Positions 19,125-32,600 of a DNA stretch of 64,000 nt are shown in pieces (position 1 is the stretch's first letter; the number at the start of each line of letters is the position of its first letter). The notes beneath the pieces are model-generated. The model saw only the letters and a list, made by a program, of their open reading frames with translations, had not been told where the DNA came from and did no database searches. The stretch comes from Trichoplax adhaerens. Its lineage: Eukaryota > Animalia > Placozoa. Where the stretch lies: contig NW_002060949.1 of assembly GCF_000150275.1 (NCBI RefSeq), forward strand, positions 4,284,449 through 4,348,448, read 5' to 3'. The translations under genes were made by a program, and so were the position numbers.

Positions 19125-20520
19125 TACAGTGCTGTCATGTACAGTATGTACTGTACGTTATGATGGTGTTGTACTGTACAGTACTGTACGTCATGGTTAT
19201 CGTGTGTAGAAGAAGGAGAGAAAGACGGACAATGTCTTGCGTTCAATCATCACTGCCTTAGAAAGAGAGAGGGACGCCTAGCGGCTGTTCAGTGCAAAAT
19301 AATGAAGGGCTTATCATTTTTTCAATCATTCTACTGTACGCTACCACCGAAAGCGTATACTGCACTGTACAAAACTAAATCAACGGCTAATTTGCATGGC
19401 AATCGTGGACAGTATAGTGTATCGTTTCAGACATACAGTACGCTTCGGCTAAGATGACCAGCAAAATAGTCAGCCCTCTCATTTTTAATATACTGTACAG
19501 AACTGTACAGAACGACCCTTCTCTGTCCCTGTCTTTTTCTTTCTTTTAGTAATCTCTACCAGGAATGGCTAGAAATCACCCGGCCTGTCATTTGCTAGTC
19601 ACTTTGCTGTATTGTCGAGCTGCCACCATGCATGGTACAGTACAAAACCTACCTGGCAACAGTAAAAGAATCACTTTGACAGTCATTGTCCATCCGGCTG
19701 ATGCCACCCGTACAGTACACTGATTGAGTACTGTACAGTATATTGTACTGTACAAAGTGGCCGAGGAAACTTTTACGTACTGTACTGTACTGTATTTAAA
19801 CCGAAGCAAAATAAAAAAATATACAGAACTTTAACAAATTGTATATTAAATCATAGAGAAGAAATCCAATAACACGAATCCGTTGTTATAATTTGCGTAT
19901 CCTAGCTTTTATCCTATCGTATTGTTTGCCGCTGCCAGTACCAGTGTAATGTCGCCTTGTATACTAACTGTATAGTATATAGTGTATGTTACTGTGGAAC
20001 AGTATCATGTTCTACAGTACAGTATTTTGTATAGCATTTGTTTTCGCCGTTATGGTAGTACAGTACTGTACCCTGACACAAAAGTCTCTAGGTAACATCT
20101 ACGTCATCACGACGTTATTATGACCGGACCGACGACGCCCTTGTAGACCCTAACCCAGTACTACGCGGACTTGTATCTTCAAAGTGCATCATGGCAGCTA
20201 TGTTTAGCGACTGGGTGATAGACTTGCCAGTTGATATCCATCGTGACTTGTTAGTCAAGTTCTATTTTTAGGACTAGCTTCCAAGAAGAACTCCCAAAAT
20301 AGAAAATCAATCAATAAAATATATAGTGACATATACAGTACAGTACAGTAGAAGAGAGTACGGTACTGCTGCTAATCAAAGCATTTGCATCACGGATGAG
20401 GGTGGTACTGATACATATCACTATTCATGATAGTATACTGTATAGTTGGTGAAAAGAAGACGGTGAATGGAGTAGGGCCATTCGTGACAAGTGCTTTAAT
20501 GACAGTACAGTACTATATCG
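19125..20520. repeat. Several TACAGTA/TACTGTA patches between divergent USP14 and CIB
   Basis: Patches at ~19130-19190, 19490-19510, 19710-19795, 20010-20070 and 20335-20370. Confidence 0.75.
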
Positions 20521-20854
20521 ATCATTTTCTTGAGCTATCTGCTATCGTTAACTTAACTAGACAGAGCTATTGCCACTAGTCATAGCGCTAATTAGAATTG
20601 ATCAATATACAGTACATAGCTCATCCGATTTCTTGTTGTTATTATTGAAAAAGTTACATATTCCATTGGAAATATCGATATAATTCAAACATTTTTATAG
20701 CCGATTGCCGCCGATATCGACAATAGAAGACACCTTGATACGCGTATAATAAACCAAGTTCTGTCGATTCAACAGGATTTTTAGCTTTACTGTAATCAGA
20801 TTACTCAAGCTTGCTAAAGAAGGACAGAAAAAAATAAAAAATAAAGACGTCATT

Positions 20855-23697
20855 ATGGGGGGACAACAATCAGTTTTCACAGAAGAAGAACTACAAGACT
20901 ACAAAGTAAGTCCATCTTGACGGATGTTAGTCAATACTAGATACGGGATAACTTTTAATGTTACATTGTACAAGTGATGTAAAATTGTATTGACTTGTTT
21001 GAACGAATTGAGATCAAAAGAAGATTAGGTTATTTAACCTACTACTATTACGAATTCTTATGTTAATTGCAACTTATCGTAAATCGACTTTAAAACGTCA
21101 CCTTTGTTTCGCATTTGATATTACTCACTACCTCTTGCTGAGATACTATGTAATGCCTTAAGACTATTATTAACTATAAGTAAAACGACTCGCTGAAGTA
21201 TTTTATTCAACTTTTTTTTATCAACGCCATCACTTATTAAGTACAGTATATATTTGAAACTTTTCAAATTTATCGCCTACCCGTTAACTAACAATATTAG
21301 TAAAGTACTTACTTTTATATTGCCGGGATCGTACCTATATTAGTTTTAGGTAATATCATTTCCTTGCTTGATTGTACGCGTGATTACTAAAAAGTCATCT
21401 AAAAAAGCTCTACTTTAACACGCTACTACTTCACTTCCATTTTTCACATGTACGTATCTATAAATCAGAAATCACTTAAAATGGACTTCATATACTGTAA
21501 ATGATCGCATTATCCACAGGTTATTGAAAGAAAGATGTAAAGTACTAACTTATTATTATACAGTTTCGTTTACAGTGTACACTTAATTACAGTTTAAAAG
21601 ATAAACAACAGCATTCATTTATGATAGAAATGTAAAGTTATCAACATAATGCTCTATGGTATAATTGAAGGCAATCAACTTATGTCGGAAAGTGTCATAA
21701 TAGCCGCTTCCTTTGAATATTAGCTTGTGTCGTAGTAACTCCAACAAGCATTAATTATATAAATGCATAGATGAAAGAATATCAATCCAATCTCAAAGCT
21801 AATCACTGGCACTTGTATTCCTATGATAAGATGCGGTTTAATTTTTCTTATGTACTGAAAATTGGATTTTGTTCCTTCTTTATATTGCTGCCTAATTTTA
21901 TAGGATTTAACATATCTATCGAAGAAGGATATCATAAGGTATTAGATCATAACATTAGTTAAATACCTATTCAATTATACTTTCTCATCTCCATCTTTGT
22001 AGGTAAATTACTAGGAAGTATACACTAGATTACAATCACTGATCTTACAATCTAGTAATATTTACTGGTGTTATTATACAATCTAAAATCGTGTAATATT
22101 TACTGCTATTATTATGTCATCTAAAATCGATCGTGAAATACACCGATAATAATTTACTTCGATTGACCGCGTTAATTTAAAGAAAAACGTTGTACTTATA
22201 GCTTATTTGTTTAATTTGATTAAGAGCACATAAGAGATGGGTGGCGCTCGCTCCAGAAATTTTAGAGAACGATATACGCGCGACGTTAAGCGCAGAAAAA
22301 TTGCTTAATGACTTACCCGAACTCCGTGTAAGATATTGATAGCATTATCAATGCTAGTATAGTCCCTTAACTAGTTTCTAGTCACATTACTGCTTGTTAG
22401 AGATTGTGATACAAGACTTAATAATCTGCAGTAGTATTAAAATGTGGATACTCCTACAATACGTAGAGAAACGCTAGCGTTGATTAGATCTACTACTGTT
22501 TAGGTGAATCCATTTGCGGATCGACTTTGTAAGGTATTTTCTTCCTCAGAATCAAATGATGGAAGTTTATGCTTCGATGATTTCATCGATATGATGTCCG
22601 TATTTAGCGAAAGGGTAAGAAAAGATGGTGCTAAAGTAGCTATGCGAATATTTCAATCTATTTAATATATGTGGCAGTTGTACTCTAGTCAAATTATAAA
22701 CTTTCCATAGCGGTTTCCTCAAATTTCATCGATAGAAATATTGTCTTAATACACATAAAATTAGATGCTATCAGATCTAATCTAGTAAAATTTGATGCAA
22801 TACACTCTTACAACTTTGAACTAATAAATTCCTTTATCCGACTAGGCTCCAAAGGCATTAAAAATTGAATATGCTTTCAGGGTTTATGGTACATATATTA
22901 CTAAAAGCTGCATTGACTTTGTTTGAACTTGTAGCGCATTGCACAGTAAAAATATCTCTTAATTGACTCGTAGTATTTTGTCATACTAAATACTGACATC
23001 TGTGACCTATTTTGCTCTTAGTATTGGCATTCAGATAATATTTTATATATTTCATAATGAAAATTGTATAGTAATTTTAAAATATGTCTATATCTCACCC
23101 TAAAGAATGATATGTTGAATTAGTGATTTAGTATGAATTCGTGTTATTTATATAATTATTTATTTACTGATGGTTACTGTAATATGTTTAAATGACATAA
23201 TTCCTGAAAATGGGTAAAGTAACACAACTTCTTTATTTCGTAAATAGATTTCAACGACGATGACTTGATTGATATAGCAGATCTTACGGAGTTAGTTTCT
23301 AGGCTTTGCGGAGAATCTGAGTTAAATCAAGAAGATATCGAAAATCTAATTTCTAAGGTTTGTGCACATGTAGAACAAAAATAGTAATTGTAATTTCTTG
23401 TAGGTAGCAAATTCCCTAGGATGTCAATCGAAATTTAAATGTCCTACCTGATTCAATATTAATTAACATTGATTAACATCCAAATAAAATCTCAGATCTT
23501 TCAAGAAGCCGATCTTGATAATGATAGTATGTTAACATTTGCTGAATTTGAACATGTCATTTCTAAATCGCCAGATTTTGAAAAGTAAGTTAATTTTCCG
23601 ACGTAAAGATCTTCATAATTGAGATAGGCACACGTATGTCTAAAGTTTTTAAGACTTCTTTTTTAATTTCGCCAGTACATTCAGAATTCGTCTATGA
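20855..23697 (+). CDS. Calcium- and integrin-binding (CIB) family EF-hand protein, CIB1-like, N-myristoylation-type start
   Basis: Exons read MGGQQSVFTEEELQDYK / DLTYLSKKDIIR / AHKRW...LPELR / VNPFADRLCKVFSSSESNDGSLCFDDFIDMMSVFSE / APKALKIEYAFRVY / DFNDDDLID / EADLDNDSMLTFAEFEHVISKSPDF / TFRIRL*. Confidence 0.9.
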
Positions 23698-24909
23698 ACA
23701 GCTTCAACTTCACCGACTATTCATATTTTCGAAATGAAAAATAAACGACTTCGTGATTTCGTTACGAAAGAATCAGGATACCGAAATTACATTCTTTAAT
23801 TACTTAAAATAGCAACTGTATCATACGTGTCTTTTGCTTGTAATACTATGTAATTAATTAATTTTAATCGCTAATTAATACTATAGTGCAGTACTGACGT
23901 TAACTCGCTTGCTTAGTGCATACAATATTCAGTATTGTATTATAGCTTTCGAGAAAGCTTTTCAATGTTTAGTATATTCTAAGGGTAGTAGGATTATGTT
24001 GATCCTAGATATGCCATATCCACTATCCAATTCTTTTTTACGCGCTAACCATCGATATAGTTTATACTTGATATTAAAGACGATAATTATTATTGAAGTC
24101 ATCTGTTGTACCATTTTTAGTTACATGCTATACTATGTTCTTATATACTGTAGACGTACTGATATGATATCTCTTGGAATTCAAGGGATGACTATAACTG
24201 TCACTCGTGCTTAAACATAATACAGAAGTTTGACTGTTATTGTTAATTTATACTTTCTTTAAAATAATAAAAAAACTACGTTGCAGCACTAATTCACAAA
24301 GTCTAGTTTAAATGCCGAAGCAAACTTGTTACGATAACTAAATGATTGTACTATTTACGCTTTGCGTTACAAAATTTCTGAGCTATAGTAAATTTCAATC
24401 GACCTAAGTCTGTTCGATGTACGTCATTTCTAAACTACGTTAAACTGTAACCTCAAAATATCAGTCATGTCACATCATGCTTTAGGCTAATTCAGTGTAA
24501 ATTTATTGATAGAATATTGATACGTGTAGTGTTCAAGTACGATTATTATAATCATACATTAACGGGCAAAGCAATAGGAGCATACTTTCTGGGTAAAAAT
24601 ATTGTAAGTCATGGACATAGAACTAGAGCTTAACCTATTACAAATTATAACTTATTTCGAAGGTAGGTCGAAAAGTTGAATTATTATAGGAGTAAAGTAA
24701 ACATAAATATATACGATATAATAATAGATACCACAGAAGGGAATATCACCGTGTATTACATATTAGTATTTATGCAACCTCTCTTGCATTAACTTATTGT
24801 GCCAAGATATATAATTATTGAATGATTAAACGCTAATTTACCGAATCTATGTCAATATGCTACTTAATTAACCCTAATTTCAATCTACACCATTGTATGA
24901 CCATAGTAT

Positions 24910-27900
24910 TTATTCCTTAACCAGATGCGAGTCTGCTCCCACTATGCATAACCTATTGATCTGCTGTAAGAAATGATTGTCCGATTTTCTCTCGAAGTGA
25001 AAAGGCATCGGTAGAATACCATTCAAACGATTCCTATAACAGTATTTGTAATTTTATACAGTTAGATTCGGAAAGTAGTGGCTTTAGATATTTATTACTC
25101 TAAATCCTCAACTTACCAAACTTTTTCTTCTATAACATAGTAAGCCAAGGGCTTTTGAAAGCCATTAAAGTTTGAAGCTGCAGCTGCTGTATACGCACCC
25201 ATATCTAGAGATATAATATACGTAATTAAATATTGGAAAGTTTGAAAGTAGAATTAAAAGTTGTGATAGTAGATAAATTTACTAACCTTCGAAGTACATC
25301 CAGTCTCCAACATCCAACTATTCAAATACGTGAAGTTTTTAGTTAACGTTTGATATAAATATGCGTTACGTAAGATAGGTTACTAAGTAAAGTAAGTAAA
25401 CATACCTCAGGAAGCATGCATTCCTTCATGACACAATCTAGTCCGTCACAAGTTGGTCCCCATATACTACTAGAATACTGCTGCTCGTTATCTCTTCCCA
25501 AAGTTTTAGGGTATACAATCGCATGATCGTACAGCAGACAATTGAAAGAACCATATACACCATCGTTTACATAGTACATGTATTTCTGCTGTAACGATAA
25601 CAGCCGCGATTAGCCACTGAACATATAAGCAAAAATTCTTAAACGGTTAAAATGACGCCTAAATACGAACCGTGAGGGCTTTTTTCACGTTTTTGTTGTC
25701 AACATTCCTATCTGTTACGAAAAAGCGTATGAGTTACGTTGGGTTTGCATAAGAGTTAGCGTACATGCATGCTGTTTACCTTGCGCTTGCGTATTGTCAT
25801 CGTTAACTTGGCGCTTAGCAATAACATTCACAGCTAAGTTAAAGGCAGATGCCACGTAATAGCGACCTTGATGCAAATAAAAGAGTAAATTTAGCATATA
25901 CTGTATTTCATATTCTAACAAAATTAATGCTATAAATTCTGCAATATGAAAAACAGCAAATTACATAATAATACCTGGCTCAGCGATGATCCTGACTCCG
26001 CTTTCAACCGGAAAATGTTTGTTTAATGCCTTATTTAGAGTTGCACTAATCTACATATACCCATAAATAAAGCACCCTTATTTAGACGCTAAATAGCGTT
26101 AACTTAAGTAGTCTATAACCATGACACCACATATATCATACAAGAATTCGCTTTCACACACACGTACCTCTTCAAAACTAACTGTTGCCCGTGGTGAGCC
26201 CGGAAATCCTCCACCAATGTCCAAAATATCGAATTGAAAGCCCATAGATTTCTGTATAACAATTGAAATGTATTACATCTTGTACTTCATCACGTAACTC
26301 ATTAAGCCACAAATCGGGACATTTTTACTATTTGCTTTATCGATTTTTGCACTCACTCCATAGTCAAATGCCGTTTTCGCAATTTCAACCGCAGATGAAA
26401 ATGCCGAAGCATCGTAGCAGCCACTGCCTACATGAAAGCTGATAAATATAGTAACTATACGTGAGTATTATATTACTTTACGAACAATAGAGTAAACAAG
26501 CATATATTGCACAGTAAATAACTGCGTTACACGGGCTCAGGATTTTAATCTTTCTTAATCATCTTCATCACTAGTATGTGATTACAGTGAGGGCAAGTTT
26601 ATATCTTCATAGCTCGCAATGTTAACAGAATCTCAATCGCTTGCTTACCTTATGCCAACAACATTTAGGTCAAGGTTTCGTGCTACTTGCAAAAGGTTTG
26701 GAACAGTTTTAAGAGGAGCACCATACTTCTGTCCCAGCTTCCGATTAAAATCATATCACATCGAACAATTTTAGAATGAAGAAGTCATCAAGGTTATTTT
26801 GAGTTAATTCTATACTCACTCGGCAAAGCGATTTGGAATCATCAGTGAGCAATCGTAAGATTAATCTAATAGTAAAATGAAAGTTACATTTAACACTTGT
26901 TCAAGTCATGCTAAATAAATATATGAAATCAACATTATATGCTTACTTGGCCGTAGGATGGAGTTGCTTCACTTTATGCAGTTCAGGTTCATTGTCAAAT
27001 GTCATCATACTTACTTCGCGCTTGGCAGCAAATCTTTTAATAAATTACATAACAAAATGAAGTTTTATGACTTCTGTACTACGGATAAGACAAGATTTAC
27101 GTATCATAGGCATGCAAGATAATTACGATAATTACTCACTTCAAGTGAGAAGCCTGTTTGCACGGATTAGCGTATACGATTTTGCTTGGAGGAACACCCA
27201 ATTTCAGAACTGCCTTAATTTCAGCCTGATAAGGAATTCACAAGGCATCATATATATATCAATATTTTTTATCAATTTTGTTAAGCAGCAAACATAATTT
27301 TTTAGACTTTGAAGTACAGAAAAAGTAAGAAAGATTAACTGAAACAATTATCTACGAAACTAACCATGCTTGCACAATCAAAACCAATTCCCAATGCACT
27401 CAGCGTGGCTAAAACGTTGCGGTCGTCATTGCATTTTACAGCTAATATAATGTTATAAAAGATCTAAATATTTGTATGGTATGATATTCAGCACCATAAA
27501 AAATCGAGAAACTTACCATAGAATGGCTCTACTCGTGGTAGGAGGGATAACCACTGTTTACGTGAAAGGAAATTAATACGTATTAATTACAAGTTGTTTT
27601 TTTGCATATAATGTATTGGCTACCTGCCGTCAAGTCATCAATTTTAAACCATTAGGAGTACAATGTATAATGAAGATACTAAAATTTCGTATATGTATAT
27701 AGTACGGCTGTCTTTAGTCACTATGATGTGGGTAGAACGCCGTATACTGTATGGCATATGTTCCATTTTTTGGTTCTAACCGCAGTACAGTATCGTACAG
27801 GAACTAGTCAGTGTATTCTACTCACTCGTATTCAGGAATTTTTAAATATTTACAATTCACATTCGCTAAGCACATTCACTGATTGTCCTGTATACGAGTA

Positions 27901-28537
27901 TTGCACTTATCAGATATCAGAAGTACTGTATACACGTGTTAACATCAGAAGCACCAATGTCCGTTGTACTTTTCATTTATAAAATACATACAGCTAAAGC
28001 ATATAACAAAAAGTTTACTGTCAAGATTACAAATACACAATACAGTGGTAGGAAAGAGCGTAAAAATTGAAACGAAAAGACTGCTTATAACTAATAAGTC
28101 AACCAATACTGTATTCAATATCCACGTAAACTATAGAACTTATACGTTGTATACTTTTAAAACTGAGCTATAGCAGCCGTATGGATATTTTAACGAATTT
28201 TTAGAACGTATGCTAACTGTACAAGAATTTATCATAGTGAAAATCTGGACTTACAGTTTTGTGCTTCTTTAGAATGTTACCAACATTCACAATGTAAAAC
28301 GGATCGTCTTTATCCTTTGAAAGTTGATAGTAAATAGTAGGATTAGACATTTACAGTAAGATGTCACCACAATCTCTAGTGTGCATATTCTTAAAACAGA
28401 ATTACAGTGCTGTAAATGCTAAATACACGCGTTCGTACACTTACATCGCGACCAGCAGCATTGGCTTTAATTGTTACTAATTCGCGAAGAGAAAGTGATG
28501 GTAAAACTTCCAAAACAGTGTCGTAAGCAGGTTTCAT
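24910..28537 (-). CDS. ODC1: Ornithine decarboxylase (catalytically intact, not an antizyme inhibitor)
   Basis: Starts MKPAYDTV at 28537. Retains the PLP lysine in PFYAVKCND, plus [44 protein letters not shown] and the catalytic Cys in WGPTCDGLD. Stop TAA at 24912-24910. Confidence 0.96.
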
Positions 28538-28754
28538 CCTTTCGGATAGAGTTTTATGCGGGTTCAGAAATTACTAATTACTTATACTAAGTTATTCCTA
28601 TAATACTAGTAAGATAACGTCGTCTGTATAGCGGGCTGGCGGGCCTACAGAAATTCAATGAAATTCAAGTTGGTCATAGGATTTTGAATCACGAACTTAT
28701 ATAAATAGCAAGATTTTACCGCGAGAGGTTGCACTTTGAAAATTTGAGCAAATA

Positions 28755-28984
28755 TCAGCTAGGGTCCCACTCAGGTTCGAAGTTGATATCCAACTGATCC
28801 CGAAACAAGCAGGGAAGATCCACCGTGACACAACAATCTCTTCCCTACCAAATGCAACGATATCCGATGTTAAAATTCAACTAACCGGTTTCATATTACA
28901 ATTATCGAAGATTTAATACTGTTAAAAACCTACCTGCCGGTGAGAAACCCTCTCAATCTTCACGAAAGCTTTAAAACGAAGAAT
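28755..28984 (-). CDS. AUU-initiated regulatory upstream ORF (uCC-type) of ODC; 2 exons (28984-28934, 28844-28755), 46 codons
   Basis: The gcaaaaATTc start is followed by ILRFKAFVKIERVSHRQ, a phase-0 89-nt gtaggt...ttggtag intron, then GRDCCVTVDLPCLFRDQLDINFEPEWDPS-TGA. The C-terminus matches the EPPWxPS* signature of ODC/AZIN1 uCCs. Confidence 0.88.
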
Positions 28985-29042
28985 TTTTGCGGATTGAAAA
29001 GGACGATGTTTCCAAGATACAAAATCTGGAGTGTGAGGATGG

Positions 29043-29101
29043 CAAGATGGCTAAACCGTCGTTCACCAAGAACGTGAATGAAACTACGAATGAAAAACTG
29101 A
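29043..29101 (-). promoter_or_regulatory. Probable ODC core promoter: Inr-like TCAGTT (29101-29096) and YY1-type GCCATCTTG (29051-29043)
   Basis: The motifs lie immediately downstream of a TACAGTA array and about 115 nt upstream of the uORF AUU. Motif matches only. Confidence 0.4.
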
Positions 29102-29109
29102 TAGCTAAT

Positions 29110-29645
29110 ACCGTACAGTACAGTACAGTACAGTCGTTAACGGATAGTGTATACTGTATACTGTACTGTACAGTACTGATAGTGCGTATTACACTGGTTA
29201 GACCTGAAAGAAAGGTTCGGTTATACAGTACAGTACCTGTACTGTACACTACAGTATACTGTACTGTACTGTACACTGTGTACTGTACAGTACAGTACTG
29301 TAATAATGAGTAAGTTAAGTCAGAACTCTATAGTACTGTAGGTATTTTCTTACCCCTATGGGTTGAACCGCTGAGTACAGTACAGTACATACAGTACAGT
29401 ACTATACACTGTAGACTAATGAGTGATACGGTACATACTGTACTGTACTACTGTACAATGCACTCTTTCGTTATCAAGCTGTGACATCATTTTTCAAATT
29501 TAGAAAGTGTACTGTACTATACTGTACAGAACAATATGCGCGGGAATCAGGCCTGCAAGGCCTGCGAGTCCGTACTGTACTGTATAACAGTTTAACAGTA
29601 TGTACTGTATCTAGGTACAGTATACTGTACAGTGTACAGTATACC
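29110..29645. repeat. TACAGTA/TACTGTA array upstream of ODC
   Basis: One of the densest arrays in the window, abutting the putative ODC Inr. Confidence 0.85.
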
Positions 29646-32600
29646 TTAACCTTAATGTTACTTCATTGAGAAAAGGTGATTCAATTCAAAATCGACCGTC
29701 TACCTATTAAAGTAAGTGCATAATGAAGTGTTTGGCACAGTAAGGTATTTTGACGAGATGAGGCCGAAAAGGTCTGTCCGTCCAACAGTGAATAGTGCGG
29801 GACTGCAGGTCTTCTTCTATCATATTGCACGAAACCAAGCTAGCAGCCAATAGCAGGCTAATATGCGATACAGTTGAAATGACTAGCAAAATAATCAGCC
29901 AAAACATTATTAGCATAGTAACAGATCGCAGATCGTTTCCTGTCTCGTCTCTGTCTAGTTAAAGAAATAAAATTACTCAAGACTGCAAAAGAAAGGAACA
30001 AAAATATCAAGAGCCAATTACCCAAGGTTGTACCGATCTGTCTGGGTAGAATTTGAGCCAACTTTAAAGATATAACTTAAGGCATCATAATAGCTGAGCA
30101 TCTTTCAACCATTTTTAGAGGGCTCGCCTAGCCTCTGCAATACTAATCCTATACTGTACGGTACTGTACAATCAGGTCTACTGTACTGTACTGTACACAG
30201 TGTACAGTACGATACTATCTGCAATTGATATTCAAAGTAGCTGGTGTTATGTGTTCGTATTACTGCTTGAGTCAAGTAATAAACTTCGTATGATGTGTAC
30301 ATGATGAGAAGATAAGGAAAAGTTTATTAGGACAACTGTAATATAACAAGATACGGTAGATTTACAGTACTGTACTGTACAGTGTACAGTATAGTTAATA
30401 TACTGTACAGTACAGTAAATCTACAAGCGTAAATCAGTGTACTGCACTGCATGTAATCGCTGTAATTATAACTCGGGTAAATGGACAAGGATTATAGAGA
30501 TAAAGAAAGGATCTTTATTAGAGAAGCAGATATACCTTAACTAGTAAAGATCAGCTTCAGCATGGAGCCAACGTAGAGACGCAGCAACTGCGTCAGTTAC
30601 ATCTAACAGCCATATATGTATAGTGCAGTACAGTAAGCGTACAATCGCGTGATATATATCGTGGTACGCTACTGAGTTAGATAAGAATCATTGAACGAGC
30701 ATGTAATAAGGGTACTACATACAGTGGGTCATACGACAATCGCAAGGTAAGAATGTACATATAGTACAGAATGGAAGTAGCATGTAAGAGAAGGATGAAC
30801 GTAAAATTATATCAGTCTTAAATTAATTAATGAACAACTTTGAAGAACTAAAAAACTCCGCACTACAAAAAAAATTATTCAATTAATAACAAATATCCGT
30901 TTAAATGGTAACAAATGAAGCATGTTTATCCATGAGTTGCACGCGTGAAATTACATTTTAGGCGAACATAAAAGGCGTGCAATTGCGTAACAACAAGCGT
31001 GATAGTATACAGTATATATATGTAATAGATGCTTAACACATACTAACAATTCTGAATATATAATAGTTATTTATCAAACTAACATAGTGTATGTAATAGC
31101 TGGAAGGTTGATTTTGTGCAATATTTCTCTTAGAAATCCCTAGTATGGTATACGATTTCATTGGATACCGTCACGGACTACTAGAAGAAGACCTGGTTGT
31201 CTATAGTACCGTATAGTGGAACGACCGGGAAAATGATAGACCTCTCACTTTATTTTGCACTTATTATGGTATAGTCATTCACTAAATTAACATTATTTTA
31301 TGTTCGATGAGTTTTAGCATGGTTTTGATTTTAGACGTGGATTAACTATGGACCACCAGAAAAATATTCTTCTAGTGGTCTATACATTAATATTATGCGA
31401 TGGACTGCTGTAGAGTGACACTTTTATCAGTTATATTATGTATGTTAGAACTAAAGAGGGACAGTGACTTCTATCTAGTGTTACAATAAAGGTTATTGCA
31501 GGACTCTACCAGGGAATTCTGAAACAAATACAGTATTTATCTCTGACTGTACACTGTACAGTTAAGGCATAGCATGCAAACTATCACCGGCGAAGGTTCG
31601 ACTAATACAAAACATTAATTAGTAATTACTGTGCGAGCATATAATGGCTACTAAAACCCGTGGAAATTTTACGGGGTTTTAATTAATTAATATTATATTT
31701 ATCATAAACTGCATTATTTATGACCCTATTTACAGTATCCCTGTCTAGTCTAGCATGGTCCCATATTAATTAATTTTAATTTGATTTTAATGTGTATCTT
31801 GGCCGATTAGAAGTATTGTTCGAATCTTAAATTTTTTTTAGTTCAGAGACGATTCATAAGTTTCATTTATTTTGTTCTAACTAAAAATCTAGATTTTAAT
31901 AGGTATAATGCAGATCTTAAAGTTGAAAGTCATATCATTCGAGGCAGTATTTCTCACTGTATGGAATGATGTACAGTACTGTAAATAAGAATAGGAATCT
32001 CGTAAGGTTTAAGCATTATTTCGGGATTTGCCCATAACTTTTGTTGATTTATTGGTAGACTATGTATGATTTAATTTAAAAGTTCGTATCCAGTCTCTTC
32101 CAAACGGCTATACATTATCAGTAGGTCTAAAGACGTAGAATATTAACAAGTACTATGCGCGTACGTTTACCAGAGTGTATTGGCATAGTACAATGTTGGC
32201 ATCAGTAATTCCGTGTGTGTTTTGACTCATGGATATAACCTCGTATTTATGTGGTAGTAGTAGATGAGTACAAATATATACTCGTATATAGGGTAATTGC
32301 TATTCATTTGCACTTAGCGAAGTTTTACGTGCATATATAAGTATCAATCGGTGATATGAACAGGAAGAGTATTTCGGTATACTGTATGTAAAGTACAGTA
32401 GAGTACAGTGTGTGTGTCACTATGCATGCAGATAATTAAATTTGAATTTAAAATCTTGAATGACTTCTGAAACCTGTTATTACAAATACTATTAACGAAT
32501 TTCATTTCAGCAGTCGGCGATTCGTACGAGTAAAGTAGTCCGTGGAAATACAGTACTTAAATTGTGTTCTAGAATTGCCGCATGAAATAGAGTTCATATG

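Noticed and set aside
19653-19696. ATG-containing segment with a good GTAGGT donor on the - strand as USP14 exon 1
   Set aside because: MPVYP at 18988 matches the known USP14 N-terminus and intron phase much better. This segment may be UTR or noise.
26536-26572. C-box/D-box pair (TGATGA...CTGA) in an ODC intron
   Set aside because: Only about 36 nt apart with no terminal stem, too short for a C/D snoRNA.
29110-29645. TACAGTA arrays as a CRISPR array or satellite
   Set aside because: There is no fixed-length repeat-spacer structure and no cas genes, the context is eukaryotic, and the units are irregular and mixed-strand.
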